Source: Halopseudomonas sp.
GTDB lineage: Bacteria; Pseudomonadota; Gammaproteobacteria; Pseudomonadales; Pseudomonadaceae
NCBI RefSeq assembly: GCF_038130085.1
Contig: NZ_JAYPMU010000016.1
Location: forward strand, 12,465-76,464
DNA length: 64,000 nt
Reading direction: 5' to 3'
Part shown: one piece after another, positions 32,829 through 42,298 of the stretch
Layout of the letters: each line of letters opens with the position of its first letter
Position numbering within the stretch: the first letter of the stretch is position 1
The notes under the pieces: generated by a model
Told to the model about the DNA's origin: nothing
The model's input: only the letters and a program-made list of their open reading frames with translations
Databases searched by the model: none
Position numbers and translations under genes: made by a program

Positions 32829-35075
32829 ATGACCAACACGACCCTAAACGCCGTCACTCAACGTGGCAGCGATCTCAGCATGCGCAAAATTGCCGGCCCC
32901 CACAGTCTGGTAGCCACCTCGCTGGCGCTGGCCATCTCCGGCGGTATCGCCAATCCGCTGTATGCCGAGGAAGTCAGTCTCGACACCCTGCACGTCGAAG
33001 ACACCGGCATCCAGGCCGACGCCAACCCCTACGCCGAAGAAGCCGCACCGTACAAGGCCCGCACCCTGTCTGACAGCCGTCGCACCCGCGATATTGCAGA
33101 CACGCCGCAGACCATGACCGTGATCACCCGCAGCGCCATCGAAGACTCCGGCAAGACCGAACTCAAAGATCTGCTGAGTGCGCAGCCGGGCATCACCCTC
33201 GGTACCGGCGAAGGCGGCAACTCCTTCGGTGACCGCTACATCATTCGTGGCTACGAAGCCCGCAGCGACATCTACACCGACGGTCTGCGTGACCCGGGCC
33301 TGATCACCCGCGAAACCTTCGCGCTGGAGCAGGTTGAAATCGCCAAGGGTCCGAGCTCGACCTTTGCCGGTCGCGGTTCTACCGGCGGTGCAGTCAACAG
33401 CGTGACCAAGAAAGCCAACCTGTGGGACGACTTCACCACCGTCGAAGGCGGTCTGGGCACCGACGACTTCGAGCGTTACACCCTGGACACCAACCACGTC
33501 TTGACCGACGACCTGGCCATCCGCTTCAACGGCCTGTACACAGAAGCCGAAGTACCGGACCGCGGCCCGGCCGAGAAGCGTCGCACCGGCGCCCTGATCT
33601 CCGGCATCTACCAGCCGCTGGATGAGTTCAAGGTTCTCGCCGACTACTACTACGCGCGCAGCGATGACCGCACCGACCCGGGCACCTTTATGACCAACGG
33701 CAAGCCGGACGATGATGGCAAGTACGTTGGCCAGAGTGGTCTGGACTTCCAGCGCACTGGCGCCGACATCTTCACTCTGGGCTTCGAATGGGAGCTGGGT
33801 GACGGCCTCAAGCTGGAGAACAAGAGCCGTATCGGTTCAACCGAGAACAGCTACATCATTTCCGCCTACAGCTCGCGCAGCGGCGGCACTCGCGCCTTTA
33901 CCGGCTGGCAGGAAAACGACTACATCGGCAACCAGACCAACCTGACCATCGACAAGATGTGGGGCGAGGTGCGCCACACTCTGGTTACCGGTCTGGAGTT
34001 TGCCAACGAGCAGACCGATGCCGGCGGCTACACCGTCACACCGAGCAGCGTACCGGTTAACCCGTATAACCCCGACAACAGCGCCTGGAGCGGCACCACC
34101 AGCCGCAACGATGCGGTCACCAAGCTGGAGCTGGAAACCGTCTCGGCTTATGTGATGGACACCATCACCCTGAACGAGGACTGGGAAGTCTTCGGTGGCG
34201 TGCGCTATGACCGCTTCGACTACTTCATGGACAAGGCCGAGAGCACCGGCCGCGGCGGCGTAATCATTCCGGCCGCCACCTACAAGTACAACGATGCGTT
34301 CTGGAACGGCCATCTGGGTGTGGTCTACTCGCCCTGGGAGCACGGTAACGTCTACCTGAGCTGGAGCACCTCCTCCAACATCAACGGCGGCGAAGCTGAC
34401 GCTGGCACCAACTGCGGCTACGGCGGCATCTGCACCGACGACGCCGGCAACTACGCCCAGGCCGAGCCTGAGCAGTCCACCAACTGGGAGCTGGGTACCA
34501 AGTGGAACCTGCTGGACCACCGCCTGCTGCTGACCGCAGCCGTGTTCCAGACCACCAAGGATGACGTCATCGAAGGCGGCAACGACTCCTATCAGAGCGG
34601 TGGTAGCCTGAACACCGGCAAGAACCGCGTGCACGGTGTGGAACTCGGCCTGGCCGGTAACCTCACCGACAAGCTGAGCGGCCAGATCGGCGCGGCGATC
34701 ATGAACTCCGAGACCATGGAGTCCTTTGATCCGACCAACGAAGGTCTGCCCAAGGCCAACTTCGCCGAGAAGAGCGCCAATGCCCAGCTGCGCTACCAGC
34801 TGACCCCGGCCTTCGCCTTCGGCGGCACCATGACCTACTCGAGCGAAATCCATGGCGGCCAACCGGATGCCGGGGCGACCAACCGCATCGTGCTGGACGG
34901 CTACACCGTCTACGACCTGTTCGCCAGCTACCAGGTCAGCGAGAACCTGGACCTGCGCGCCAACCTGCAAAACCTGTTCAACGAGGACTACTACACCGCG
35001 GTGTACCGCGGCGGCAGCATCGTGTACAAGGGTGACGCACGCAACGCCCAGCTGACTGCCCGTTACAAGTTCTAA
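32829..35075 (+). CDS. TonB-dependent outer membrane receptor (Fiu/PiuA-like)
   Basis: Signal peptide, plug (PGITLGTGEGG..GD..IRGY..D.YTDGLRD; EQVEIAKGPSSTFAGRGSTGGAVN), and C-terminal aromatic YKF. Confidence 0.92.
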   Translation: MTNTTLNAVTQRGSDLSMRKIAGPHSLVATSLALAISGGIANPLYAEEVSLDTLHVEDTGIQADANPYAEEAAPYKARTLSDSRRTRDIADTPQTMTVITRSAIEDSGKTELKDLLSAQPGITLGTGEGGNSFGDRYIIRGYEARSDIYTDGLRDPGLITRETFALEQVEIAKGPSSTFAGRGSTGGAVNSVTKKANLWDDFTTVEGGLGTDDFERYTLDTNHVLTDDLAIRFNGLYTEAEVPDRGPAEKRRTGALISGIYQPLDEFKVLADYYYARSDDRTDPGTFMTNGKPDDDGKYVGQSGLDFQRTGADIFTLGFEWELGDGLKLENKSRIGSTENSYIISAYSSRSGGTRAFTGWQENDYIGNQTNLTIDKMWGEVRHTLVTGLEFANEQTDAGGYTVTPSSVPVNPYNPDNSAWSGTTSRNDAVTKLELETVSAYVMDTITLNEDWEVFGGVRYDRFDYFMDKAESTGRGGVIIPAATYKYNDAFWNGHLGVVYSPWEHGNVYLSWSTSSNINGGEADAGTNCGYGGICTDDAGNYAQAEPEQSTNWELGTKWNLLDHRLLLTAAVFQTTKDDVIEGGNDSYQSGGSLNTGKNRVHGVELGLAGNLTDKLSGQIGAAIMNSETMESFDPTNEGLPKANFAEKSANAQLRYQLTPAFAFGGTMTYSSEIHGGQPDAGATNRIVLDGYTVYDLFASYQVSENLDLRANLQNLFNEDYYTAVYRGGSIVYKGDARNAQLTARYKF

Positions 35076-35147
35076 CGGCGCAGGGCTGAGCACGAAAACA
35101 GCGGCGGAGAGCACTCCGCCGCTGTTCCGTTTCCGAGGACTACCGTC

Positions 35148-35831
35148 ATGATCATCGTCATTCCCGGTGTTTTCAGCAGCACCGAGGTAGAGCGCATTCG
35201 CAGCCATCTGGACGCCGCCGACTGGCAGGATGGCAACACCACCGCAGGTCAACAGGCCAAGCAGGTCAAGCAGAACCAGCAGTTGCCGCTCGACAGCCAA
35301 CTGACCCGTCAGTTAGGCGAGATCATTCTGTCCACGCTCGGCAAACACCCGACGTTTATATCTGCGGCATTGCCGCTGAAGATTTTCCCGCCGATGTTCA
35401 ATCGCTACCGCACCGGCGAAACCTACGGCCTGCACGTGGACAACGCGATCCGCTACGCGCCCGGCAGCCCGACCCCAATCCGTACCGACCTGTCGGCCAC
35501 CCTGTTCCTCTGCGACCCGCAGGAATACGAAGGTGGCGAACTGGTCATTGAAGACAACTTCGGCAGCCAGCGCATCAAGCTGGAGGCCGGTGATCTGGTG
35601 CTCTACCCGTCCACCAGCCTGCACACAGTAACGCCGGTCAGCAGCGGCGCGCGTACCTGCGCGGTGTTCTGGCTGCAGAGCATGGTGCGCAGCAACCAGC
35701 AGCGCGAAACCCTGTTCGAACTGGACCAGAGCGTACAAGCGCTGACCGCCGAGCTGGGCGCCAGTCACAGTGAAGTCGTGCGCCTGTCCGGCGTCTATCA
35801 CAACCTGATTCGCCAGTGGGCGGACACCTGA
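35148..35831 (+). CDS. piuC: PKHD-type Fe(II)/2-oxoglutarate dioxygenase (PiuC/YbiX)
   Basis: DWQDGNTTAG, PPMFNRY, HVDNA, YEGGEL, LYPSTSLH and HNLIRQWA. Confidence 0.92.
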   Translation: MIIVIPGVFSSTEVERIRSHLDAADWQDGNTTAGQQAKQVKQNQQLPLDSQLTRQLGEIILSTLGKHPTFISAALPLKIFPPMFNRYRTGETYGLHVDNAIRYAPGSPTPIRTDLSATLFLCDPQEYEGGELVIEDNFGSQRIKLEAGDLVLYPSTSLHTVTPVSSGARTCAVFWLQSMVRSNQQRETLFELDQSVQALTAELGASHSEVVRLSGVYHNLIRQWADT

Positions 35832-35844
35832 GCACAAGACCCCG

Positions 35845-36960
35845 ATGAGCCTGCCAGACCACTCCCCGCTGCGTCCGCCACTGACCGCAATCCCGCGTGA
35901 CCTGGTCAGCGTTACCGACTACGCGCGCTACGCCCGCGAGTTCATCGCCCCACCGGTGCTGGACTACATCGCCGGCGGCGGCGCCGACGAGCTGACGCTC
36001 AAGCGTAACCGCCAGCAACTGGATGAGCTGATGATCCTGCCGAGGCCGCTGGTCGACTGCACCCGCGGCGGCACCCACACCACGGTACTGGGAGAGGCGT
36101 TGCGCCATCCGCTGCTGCTGGCTCCGGTTGCCTTCCAGCGGCTGGTGCATCCGGATGGCGAACTGGCCACCGCTACCGCAGCCAGCGTGTTGGAAACCGG
36201 CATGGTGGTCAGCACGCTGGCTAGCCAACCGCTGGAAGACATCGCCACGCGTCTGGAAAGCCCGCGCTGGTTTCAGCTCTACATGCAACAGAGCCGTGAC
36301 TTCACCCTGAGTCTGGTCCGCCGAGCCGAGGCCGCCGGGTACAGCCAGTTAATGATCACCGTGGACGCACCGCTGCACGGCATCCGCAACCGCGCGCAAC
36401 GGGCCGGTTACGAGCTGCCGGCCGGCGTTGAGGCAGTCAACCTGAAGGACCGCCCGCCGCTGCCGAGCGCCAGCTTCGCCCCCAGCCAGAGTATCGTCTT
36501 CCAAGGCATGATGAGCGAAGTACCGACCTGGGACGATATCGCCTGGCTGCAGCAGCAAACGCGTCTGCCGATTACCCTCAAGGGGCTGCTGCACCCGGCT
36601 GATGTAAAACGCGCGCAGGACATGGGACTGGCCGGTGCCGTCATCTCCAACCACGGCGGCCGCGCGCTGGATTGCGTGCCCAGCGCCATCGAAATGCTGC
36701 CACGTATCCGTCAGACCGTTGGTGCGGATTTCTGCCTGCTGCTGGACGGCGCCATCGAACGTGGCACCGACATCTTCAAGGCCATCGCTCTGGGTGCCAA
36801 CGCCGTACTGCTCGGCCGCCCGCAGCTCTATGCGCTGGCCGTCGCTGGCCCGCTGGGGGTGGCGCACATGCTGCGAGTGCTGCGTGAAGAGCTTGAAGTG
36901 ACCATGGCGCTGGCCGGCACGCCGACCCTTGCCGATATCACCGCAGATGCGTTGATGTAA
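35845..36960 (+). CDS. FMN-dependent alpha-hydroxy acid oxidase/dehydrogenase
   Basis: DYIAGGGADE, LAPVAFQ, WFQLY, TVDAP, KG, SNHGGR and GRP. Confidence 0.9.
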   Translation: MSLPDHSPLRPPLTAIPRDLVSVTDYARYAREFIAPPVLDYIAGGGADELTLKRNRQQLDELMILPRPLVDCTRGGTHTTVLGEALRHPLLLAPVAFQRLVHPDGELATATAASVLETGMVVSTLASQPLEDIATRLESPRWFQLYMQQSRDFTLSLVRRAEAAGYSQLMITVDAPLHGIRNRAQRAGYELPAGVEAVNLKDRPPLPSASFAPSQSIVFQGMMSEVPTWDDIAWLQQQTRLPITLKGLLHPADVKRAQDMGLAGAVISNHGGRALDCVPSAIEMLPRIRQTVGADFCLLLDGAIERGTDIFKAIALGANAVLLGRPQLYALAVAGPLGVAHMLRVLREELEVTMALAGTPTLADITADALM

Positions 36961-36970
36961 GACCCCGCAG

Positions 36971-36990
36971 GGGCACAGCGTGCTGTGCCC
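36971..36990. repeat. 20-bp REP-like palindrome, copy 1
   Basis: GGGCACAGCGTGCTGTGCCC, the exact reverse complement of 56773-56792. Confidence 0.7.
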
Positions 36991-37011
36991 GCATGTGCCT
37001 CACAACAGAGA

Positions 37012-37884
37012 TCAAACCCCCTCCGGTCGCCGCTGCCGCTCGTACAGGAAGCTCAGCACTTGCGAGCGGAAGTGGTTGTAACGCTCGTCACTGGCCAGCG
37101 CCAGCCGCTCGCGGGGCCGCGGCAGATCCACTTCCAGCACCTCGCCAACCGTCGCGGACGGGCCGTTGGTCATCATCACGATCTTGTCCGACAGCAGCAC
37201 CGCTTCGTCCACGTCATGGGTGACCATGATCACCGTGTTGTTCAGCTCGGCCTGAATCTCCATCACCGAATCCTGCAGGTGGGCGCGGGTCAGCGCATCC
37301 AGCGCCCCGAAGGGCTCATCCATGAGCAGCACTGAGGGCTCCATTGCCAACGCCCTTGCTATTCCAACCCGTTGCTTCATACCCCCGGAGATCTCCGCCG
37401 GGTATTTGTGAATCGCGTGATCCATGTGCACCAGCTTGAGGTTGTGTTCGATCCACTCGCGCATTTCCTGCTTGCTCTTGCGGCCCTTGAACACGGTTTT
37501 CACCGCCAGTTCGACGTTCTGGTAACAGGTCAGCCAGGGCAGCAGCGCGTGGTTCTGAAAGACCACCGCACGCTCGGGGCCCGGCTCGTTGACCTCTTTG
37601 CCATTGAGGATGGCGCCGCCCTCGGTGGCGCGATACAGGCCGGCGACGATGTTCAGCACTGTCGACTTGCCGCAGCCGGAGTGGCCGATGACCGAGACGA
37701 ACTCGCCCTTGGCAATCTTCAGGTTAACGTTGTCGAGCGCCCGGAACGGCCCCTTGCGGCTTGGGAACTCAATCGACACACCAGACAGTTCGAGAAAGCT
37801 CGGCGGCCGAGCCGGGGTGGTCAGCGTGCTGTCTTCAGCGGCTTCCAGCGGTGCTTTACGCAGTGCGATAACAGACATGGTCAA
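37012..37884 (-). CDS. nrtD: Nitrate/nitrite-type ABC transporter ATP-binding protein
   Basis: GHSGCGKST, VFQNHALLPW, ISGGMKQRVGIARAL and MDEPFGALDALTR. Confidence 0.88.
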   Translation of the reverse strand: MTMSVIALRKAPLEAAEDSTLTTPARPPSFLELSGVSIEFPSRKGPFRALDNVNLKIAKGEFVSVIGHSGCGKSTVLNIVAGLYRATEGGAILNGKEVNEPGPERAVVFQNHALLPWLTCYQNVELAVKTVFKGRKSKQEMREWIEHNLKLVHMDHAIHKYPAEISGGMKQRVGIARALAMEPSVLLMDEPFGALDALTRAHLQDSVMEIQAELNNTVIMVTHDVDEAVLLSDKIVMMTNGPSATVGEVLEVDLPRPRERLALASDERYNHFRSQVLSFLYERQRRPEGV

Positions 37885-37896
37885 TTCTCCTGAAAC

Positions 37897-38916
37897 TCAG
37901 TTGCCGGCAACTTTCTGGTGGGACAGCAGGCCTTGCAGGGTCAGCATCAGCCAATCAAGCAGGAAGCCAATGATGCCGATGGTGATCACCGCCACCATGA
38001 TGCGGCCAAGCGAATCGGAACTGCCGTTCTGGAACTCATCCCAGACGAACTTGCCGAGACCCGGGTTCTGCGCCAGCATCTCGGCGGCGATCAGCACCAT
38101 CCAACCCACCCCGAGCGACAGGCGCAGGCCGGTGAAGATCATCGGCAGCGCCGCAGGGATGGCGATGCGAAACACCTGAGTGCTCCAGTTCAGACGGATT
38201 ACCCGGCCGACGTTGATCCAGTCCTTGTCGATGGAGGCCACCGCCACCGCTGTGTTGATCAGCGTCGGCCACAGCGAGCAGAGCGTTACGGTCACCGCCG
38301 AGGTAATGAACGACTTCTGAAACAACGGATCGTCGGAGATGTACACCGCACTCACCACCATGGTGACAATCGGCAACCAGGCCAGCGGCGACACCGGTTT
38401 GAAAATCTGCACCAGCGGGCTGATCGCGCCATACAGCTTCGGGCTCAGGCCGCAGGCCACACCCACCGGAATGGCAATCAGACTGGCCAGCACAAAGCCG
38501 GTAAACACCGTAAGCAGGCTGGTGCCGATCTGATCAATAAACGTCGGCTTGCCGGTGTAGTCACGAATGCGCACCTCGGCGGTCGGATCGCGTTCCAGTT
38601 TGGCGGCGTTGCGCTCTTCCTGACGCTGGTAAAAAGCATCGGCCTTGGCGCGCTCGGCCTGATGCTCATCGACCAGATTGACCGCCTGCTCCCAGACAGC
38701 AGCCGGACCCGGCAGTACGCCGAGACTGGTTTTGACCTGCGAGGCGCCAACCGACCACACCAGCAGGAACACCAGCAGTGCAATCAGCGGCAGCCCTGCC
38801 TTGTTGAACAGCTCGGTGGCCTGCTCGCGCGCATCCTCGCCGCGACACAGCCGCACCACGGGCACCATCCAGTTGAGCCCGGCGGTTTCCAGATAGTTGA
38901 TCAGCTTGTTGCTCAT
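37897..38916 (-). CDS. nrtB: Nitrate/nitrite-type ABC transporter permease
   Basis: FKPVSPLAWLP, WPTLINTA, LRLSLGVGWMVLIAAEM and GLGKFVWDE. Confidence 0.88.
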   Translation of the reverse strand: MSNKLINYLETAGLNWMVPVVRLCRGEDAREQATELFNKAGLPLIALLVFLLVWSVGASQVKTSLGVLPGPAAVWEQAVNLVDEHQAERAKADAFYQRQEERNAAKLERDPTAEVRIRDYTGKPTFIDQIGTSLLTVFTGFVLASLIAIPVGVACGLSPKLYGAISPLVQIFKPVSPLAWLPIVTMVVSAVYISDDPLFQKSFITSAVTVTLCSLWPTLINTAVAVASIDKDWINVGRVIRLNWSTQVFRIAIPAALPMIFTGLRLSLGVGWMVLIAAEMLAQNPGLGKFVWDEFQNGSSDSLGRIMVAVITIGIIGFLLDWLMLTLQGLLSHQKVAGN

Positions 38917-38976
38917 AGCGTCATACCTCTGCCATCAGGGTGGAAGGGCTCCGACGCCACGCCGGAGCCGCTCGAA

Positions 38977-40359
38977 TTACAGCTGTTCGTCGCCCTTGAG
39001 CCCGATCGCAAACTGTTGCAGATAGGCGTTCGGTTGAGTGCCGTCGTAGGTGACACCGTCGATGAACTCGTTGGTCGGGGCCTTGAAGCCGGTTTCGGTG
39101 GCAAAGTCGGGGAACGCATCAGCCGCCAGCTTGCCCTCGGCGATCAGCTCCTGCGCTGCCTGAGCGTAGATATCCGGGCGGTAGACCTTCTTCGCTACGT
39201 CCATGTACCAGCTGTCCGGCTGGGCTGTGCCGATCTGGCCCCAGCGGCGCATCTGGGTCAGATACCAGATCGCGTCGGAGTAGAACGGGTAGGTCGCGTT
39301 GTAGCGGAAGAACACGTTGAAGTCCGGAACCTCTCGCTTGTCGCCCTTCTCGTACTCAAAGGTGCCGGTCATCGAGTTGGCAATCACCTCGGCGTCAGCG
39401 CCCACGTAGGTCGACTGCGACAGGATCTGCACCGCTTCGGCACGATTGGCGTTGTTGTCCGCATCCAGCCACGCGGCTGCACGGATCAGCGCCTTGACCA
39501 CGGCGATGTGAGTATTGGGGTTCTCATCCGCCCATTTCTGGCTGACGCCGAACACCTTCTCCGGGTTGTTCTTCCAGATTTCGTAGTCAGTGATCACCGG
39601 CACACCGATGCCCTTGAACACCGCTTGCTGGTTCCACGGCTCACCCACGCAATAGCCATTGATGGTGCCGGCTTCCATGGTGGCCGGCATCTGCGGCGGC
39701 GGGGTCACCGAAAGCAACGCATCGGCATTGATCTGGCCCGAGGTGTCGCCGCGGGCCGGTGCGTAGTAGCCGGGGCTGATGCCACCCGCCGCCAGCCAGT
39801 AACGCAGCTCGTAGTTGTGAGTGGAAACCGGGAACACCATGCCCATGTTGAATGGCTTGCCGGCAGCGCGGTATTGCTCGATCACCGGCTTCAGCGCAGC
39901 GGCGCTGATCGGGTGCTGGGGCTTACCGTCGGCATCCAGCGGGATGTGCTTCTTCATCTCTTCCCAGACGTCGTTCGACACGGTGATGCCGTTGCCGTTG
40001 AGGTCCATCGAGAAGGCGGTGATCACATCAGCCTGAGTGCCAAAGCCAATGGTCGCGCCAAGCGGCTGACCGGCCAGCATGTGCGCGCCGTCCAGCTCAC
40101 CGTCGATGACCCGGTCGAGCAGCACCTTCCAGTTGGCTTGCGCCTCAAGGGTGACGTACAGCCCTTCGTCTTCAAAAAAGCCCTTCTCGTAGGCAATCGC
40201 CAGCGGGGCCATGTCGGTCAGTTTGATAAAGCCGAACTTGAGGTCTTCCTTCTCCAGATTCTCGACCGCCTGTACCGCGGTCGACAGTAGACTGCCGAGG
40301 CCCAGCGAAACAGCCAGTGACAGAGTGGCAGCGAGAGACTTGCGCTTGAACGTGTTCAT
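38977..40359 (-). CDS. nrtA: CmpA/NrtA family substrate-binding protein (nitrate/nitrite/cyanate type)
   Basis: [43 protein letters not shown], and NPEKVF (Lys as in NrtA rather than Glu as in CmpA). Confidence 0.88.
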   Translation of the reverse strand: MNTFKRKSLAATLSLAVSLGLGSLLSTAVQAVENLEKEDLKFGFIKLTDMAPLAIAYEKGFFEDEGLYVTLEAQANWKVLLDRVIDGELDGAHMLAGQPLGATIGFGTQADVITAFSMDLNGNGITVSNDVWEEMKKHIPLDADGKPQHPISAAALKPVIEQYRAAGKPFNMGMVFPVSTHNYELRYWLAAGGISPGYYAPARGDTSGQINADALLSVTPPPQMPATMEAGTINGYCVGEPWNQQAVFKGIGVPVITDYEIWKNNPEKVFGVSQKWADENPNTHIAVVKALIRAAAWLDADNNANRAEAVQILSQSTYVGADAEVIANSMTGTFEYEKGDKREVPDFNVFFRYNATYPFYSDAIWYLTQMRRWGQIGTAQPDSWYMDVAKKVYRPDIYAQAAQELIAEGKLAADAFPDFATETGFKAPTNEFIDGVTYDGTQPNAYLQQFAIGLKGDEQL

Positions 40360-40400
40360 AGTCGTGCTCCGTTAAACAATGATCAGTGAGAGGCCGTGGT

Positions 40401-41627
40401 TCAGAAGGCGACCTGCGCCATCAGCCAGAGCTTGTCGGTATCGGTGGCAAATTCGTCGGCGTTGTAACTGGCGTACTTGGCGACCAGGGTGACATCGCCA
40501 AACTTGCGCGCGGCCAGCAGGTCCAGTTCGCTGCCGTAGTCGGCGCCGCCCTTGTCGGCGGAGAAGTCGTGGTAGACCGCCTGCAGCTTGAAGCCGGCGA
40601 GGCTGCCGCCGAGCTGCAGATACATGTCTTCCAAGCCGTTGGCCGGGGTATTGAGGAACTTGTCTGCCCAGCCGTTGAACGCGTGGCCGGTTGCCAGCGG
40701 CGTGCTGAAGGCCGAGTCGTCCGCGCCCAGCAGCTCGTAACCACCGAGCAGCTGCAGCCCACCGACGTTCACACCCAGCTCAGCCAGCCAGTAATCGGCG
40801 CCGATGTTGTTGCCGTCCTCGTAATCGCTCTGGCGTGCGTACTCCAGTGCGTAGCTGAGGCTGGTGCGCTCGCTGAGCTTGGGTGCGCCGGTCAGACGCA
40901 GGCCCAGGGTCTTGTTGGACGCAGCCGGCGCATCCTCCAGATCCAGGAAGTAGCCGTAACCGGTGATCTTGACCAGATCAAAACCGCCGTAGGCCAGGTT
41001 GACGAAATGGGCCTTGGTGTCCAGGTCGCCCTTCGGCGAATCCTCACCGAAGATGCGGTTGACGTTGTAGACATAGGCATAGTTGAGGGTGGTGTCGGCC
41101 AGACTGCTGTTGCTCAGGCTGAAGCCATCGTAGGTCTGTTCGTTCTGACGCCAGCCGACGTTGCCGATAAAACGGGCGTTGTCGTAGATGATGCGCTGAC
41201 GGCCAAACTTCAGGGTGGTGGCGTCCAGCCCGGCATAGCTCAGCCAGGCCTGGTTGATCTCGGTGCCTTCCGGGTCGGCGACGACCGGATACTGGGTCTT
41301 CGCGCTCGGCAGGCCGGTGGCGTTGTTGTAACGCTCGCTGCCAATGACGGTGACATCATCTGCTTCGACGAAGGCGCCAAAGCCGCGATACGGCGCAGTC
41401 GCAAAGTTGATGCGGGTGCGCAGAGTGGAGGCACCGGCGCTCTTGTCGATGCCATCCTGATCCACATATTCATAACGGTAACGCAGGTCCAGCCCCGCCT
41501 TGCCACCGGTTACCGCCTCACTGATGGAGCCCGCCTCGGCCAACACCAGACTGCTGCCCATCGCCAGCACGGCCCCCATCAGCCATGCCCCAGTTACCCC
41601 TGCCCGCAGTTTCATTTGCTCGCTCAT
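40401..41627 (-). CDS. Outer membrane beta-barrel, alginate export (AlgE)-like family
   Basis: Signal peptide, LDLRYRYEYVD, KFGRQRI..DNARFIGNVGWRQNEQTYDG, TPLATGHAFNGWADKF, and C-terminal Phe; start at MSEQMK (41627). Confidence 0.82.
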   Translation of the reverse strand: MSEQMKLRAGVTGAWLMGAVLAMGSSLVLAEAGSISEAVTGGKAGLDLRYRYEYVDQDGIDKSAGASTLRTRINFATAPYRGFGAFVEADDVTVIGSERYNNATGLPSAKTQYPVVADPEGTEINQAWLSYAGLDATTLKFGRQRIIYDNARFIGNVGWRQNEQTYDGFSLSNSSLADTTLNYAYVYNVNRIFGEDSPKGDLDTKAHFVNLAYGGFDLVKITGYGYFLDLEDAPAASNKTLGLRLTGAPKLSERTSLSYALEYARQSDYEDGNNIGADYWLAELGVNVGGLQLLGGYELLGADDSAFSTPLATGHAFNGWADKFLNTPANGLEDMYLQLGGSLAGFKLQAVYHDFSADKGGADYGSELDLLAARKFGDVTLVAKYASYNADEFATDTDKLWLMAQVAF

Positions 41628-41654
41628 GCACACCCCTCCCCAAAAAACGCGCAC

Positions 41655-41749
41655 AAAAAAAGGCGTCCACAAACACCGCTGCTGCTGCAGGAGTGTTGGT
41701 GGACGCCTTTGCCCGATAAATCTGTGTGGTCGGAGTTCCCGCCATTGGG
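41655..41749 (-). promoter_or_regulatory. ANTAR (NasT/NasR-type) dual-hairpin antitermination leader with overlapping terminator
   Basis: P1 is CCC-AAUGGC-GGG (41738-41749) and P2 is GGGC-AAAGGC-GUCC (41701-41714), both hexaloops with A1/G4. P2 overlaps the 5' arm of the terminator GGCGUCCAC...GUGGACGCC-U7 (41655-41710). Confidence 0.85.
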
Positions 41750-41771
41750 ATGCCCGACACTGAGGGCAGAG

Positions 41772-41787
41772 AGCAAGCCCTGTGCCA
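41772..41787 (-). promoter_or_regulatory. sigma54 promoter for the porin-nrt operon
   Basis: Minus strand reads TGGCAC-AGGGC-TTGCT, a perfect -24/-12 consensus. Confidence 0.88.
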
Positions 41788-41853
41788 GATTTCATAACCT
41801 ACTGATTCAATGCAAAAAACCTATTCCAGAGCAATTCTGGTTCAGGGCAAAAG

Positions 41854-41901
41854 TGCATTTGCACAGTGCATTGATCAAAAAATGCGCACTGGCGCTGTGC
41901 G
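41854..41901. promoter_or_regulatory. Tandem NtrC-like enhancer sites
   Basis: TGCATTTGCACAGTGCA (41854-41870) and CGCACTGGCGCTGTGCG (41885-41901) have centres 31 bp apart and lie about 100-135 bp upstream of the sigma54 start. Confidence 0.6.
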
Positions 41902-41981
41902 ATTTTTCATCACGTTGCCGCAGGCGGCCGGCACCGAAAACATCGCGGGAAAAATGCCGGAGGCGTAACGCACTGGCATCG

Positions 41982-41998
41982 CGCACCAAAAAGGAGCA
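41982..41998. promoter_or_regulatory. NtrC-like site upstream of the guanidine operon
   Basis: CGCACCAAAAAGGAGCA. Confidence 0.5.
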
Positions 41999-42081
41999 AT
42001 GCACTACAAGCAGGCACCCCTGTCCGCGCACCGTCATGGAGCCAAAACCTCAACGCCCGTATTCCGCGGTTTTGCCCATTC

Positions 42082-42097
42082 TGGTCTGCATATTGCT
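42082..42097 (+). promoter_or_regulatory. Probable sigma54 promoter for the guanidine operon
   Basis: TGGTCT-GCATA-TTGCT, with GG and GC at the canonical spacing. Confidence 0.6.
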
Positions 42098-42147
42098 TTG
42101 CACTGAGTGTTCGCACTCCGCACTACCGCGCAACACACAATTTGCAA

Positions 42148-42246
42148 ATAGAGCGCTAGGGTTCCGGCCGCTGTAGCGGTGACTGGTCCGAGAGCACTCG
42201 ACCTTTCAGATAAAGGTTACACGGCGGGATAAAAGCCCGGGAGACG
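42148..42246 (+). ncRNA. Guanidine-I riboswitch (ykkC-yxkD subtype 1)
   Basis: GCGCTAGGGTTCCGG...GACTGGTCCGAGAGC...ACACGGCGGGATAAAAGCCCGGGAG matches the hallmark conserved segments, and it sits upstream of a urea/guanidine carboxylase operon. Confidence 0.95.
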
Positions 42247-42298
42247 ATTGGCAACACTGCCAGGAGTGCTCCACGTGACATTGACTGAGAGGTTCCCG

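Noticed and set aside
37918-40290. 790-aa plus-strand ORF, and similar long ORFs at 55155-57272 (-), 46551-48449 (-), 42206-44203 (-), 40386-42176 (+), 16494-18254 (+), 18467-20071 (-) and 31-831 (+)
   Set aside because: Each is antisense to a well-supported gene and has no recognisable motifs. These are shadow frames expected from GC-rich codon bias.
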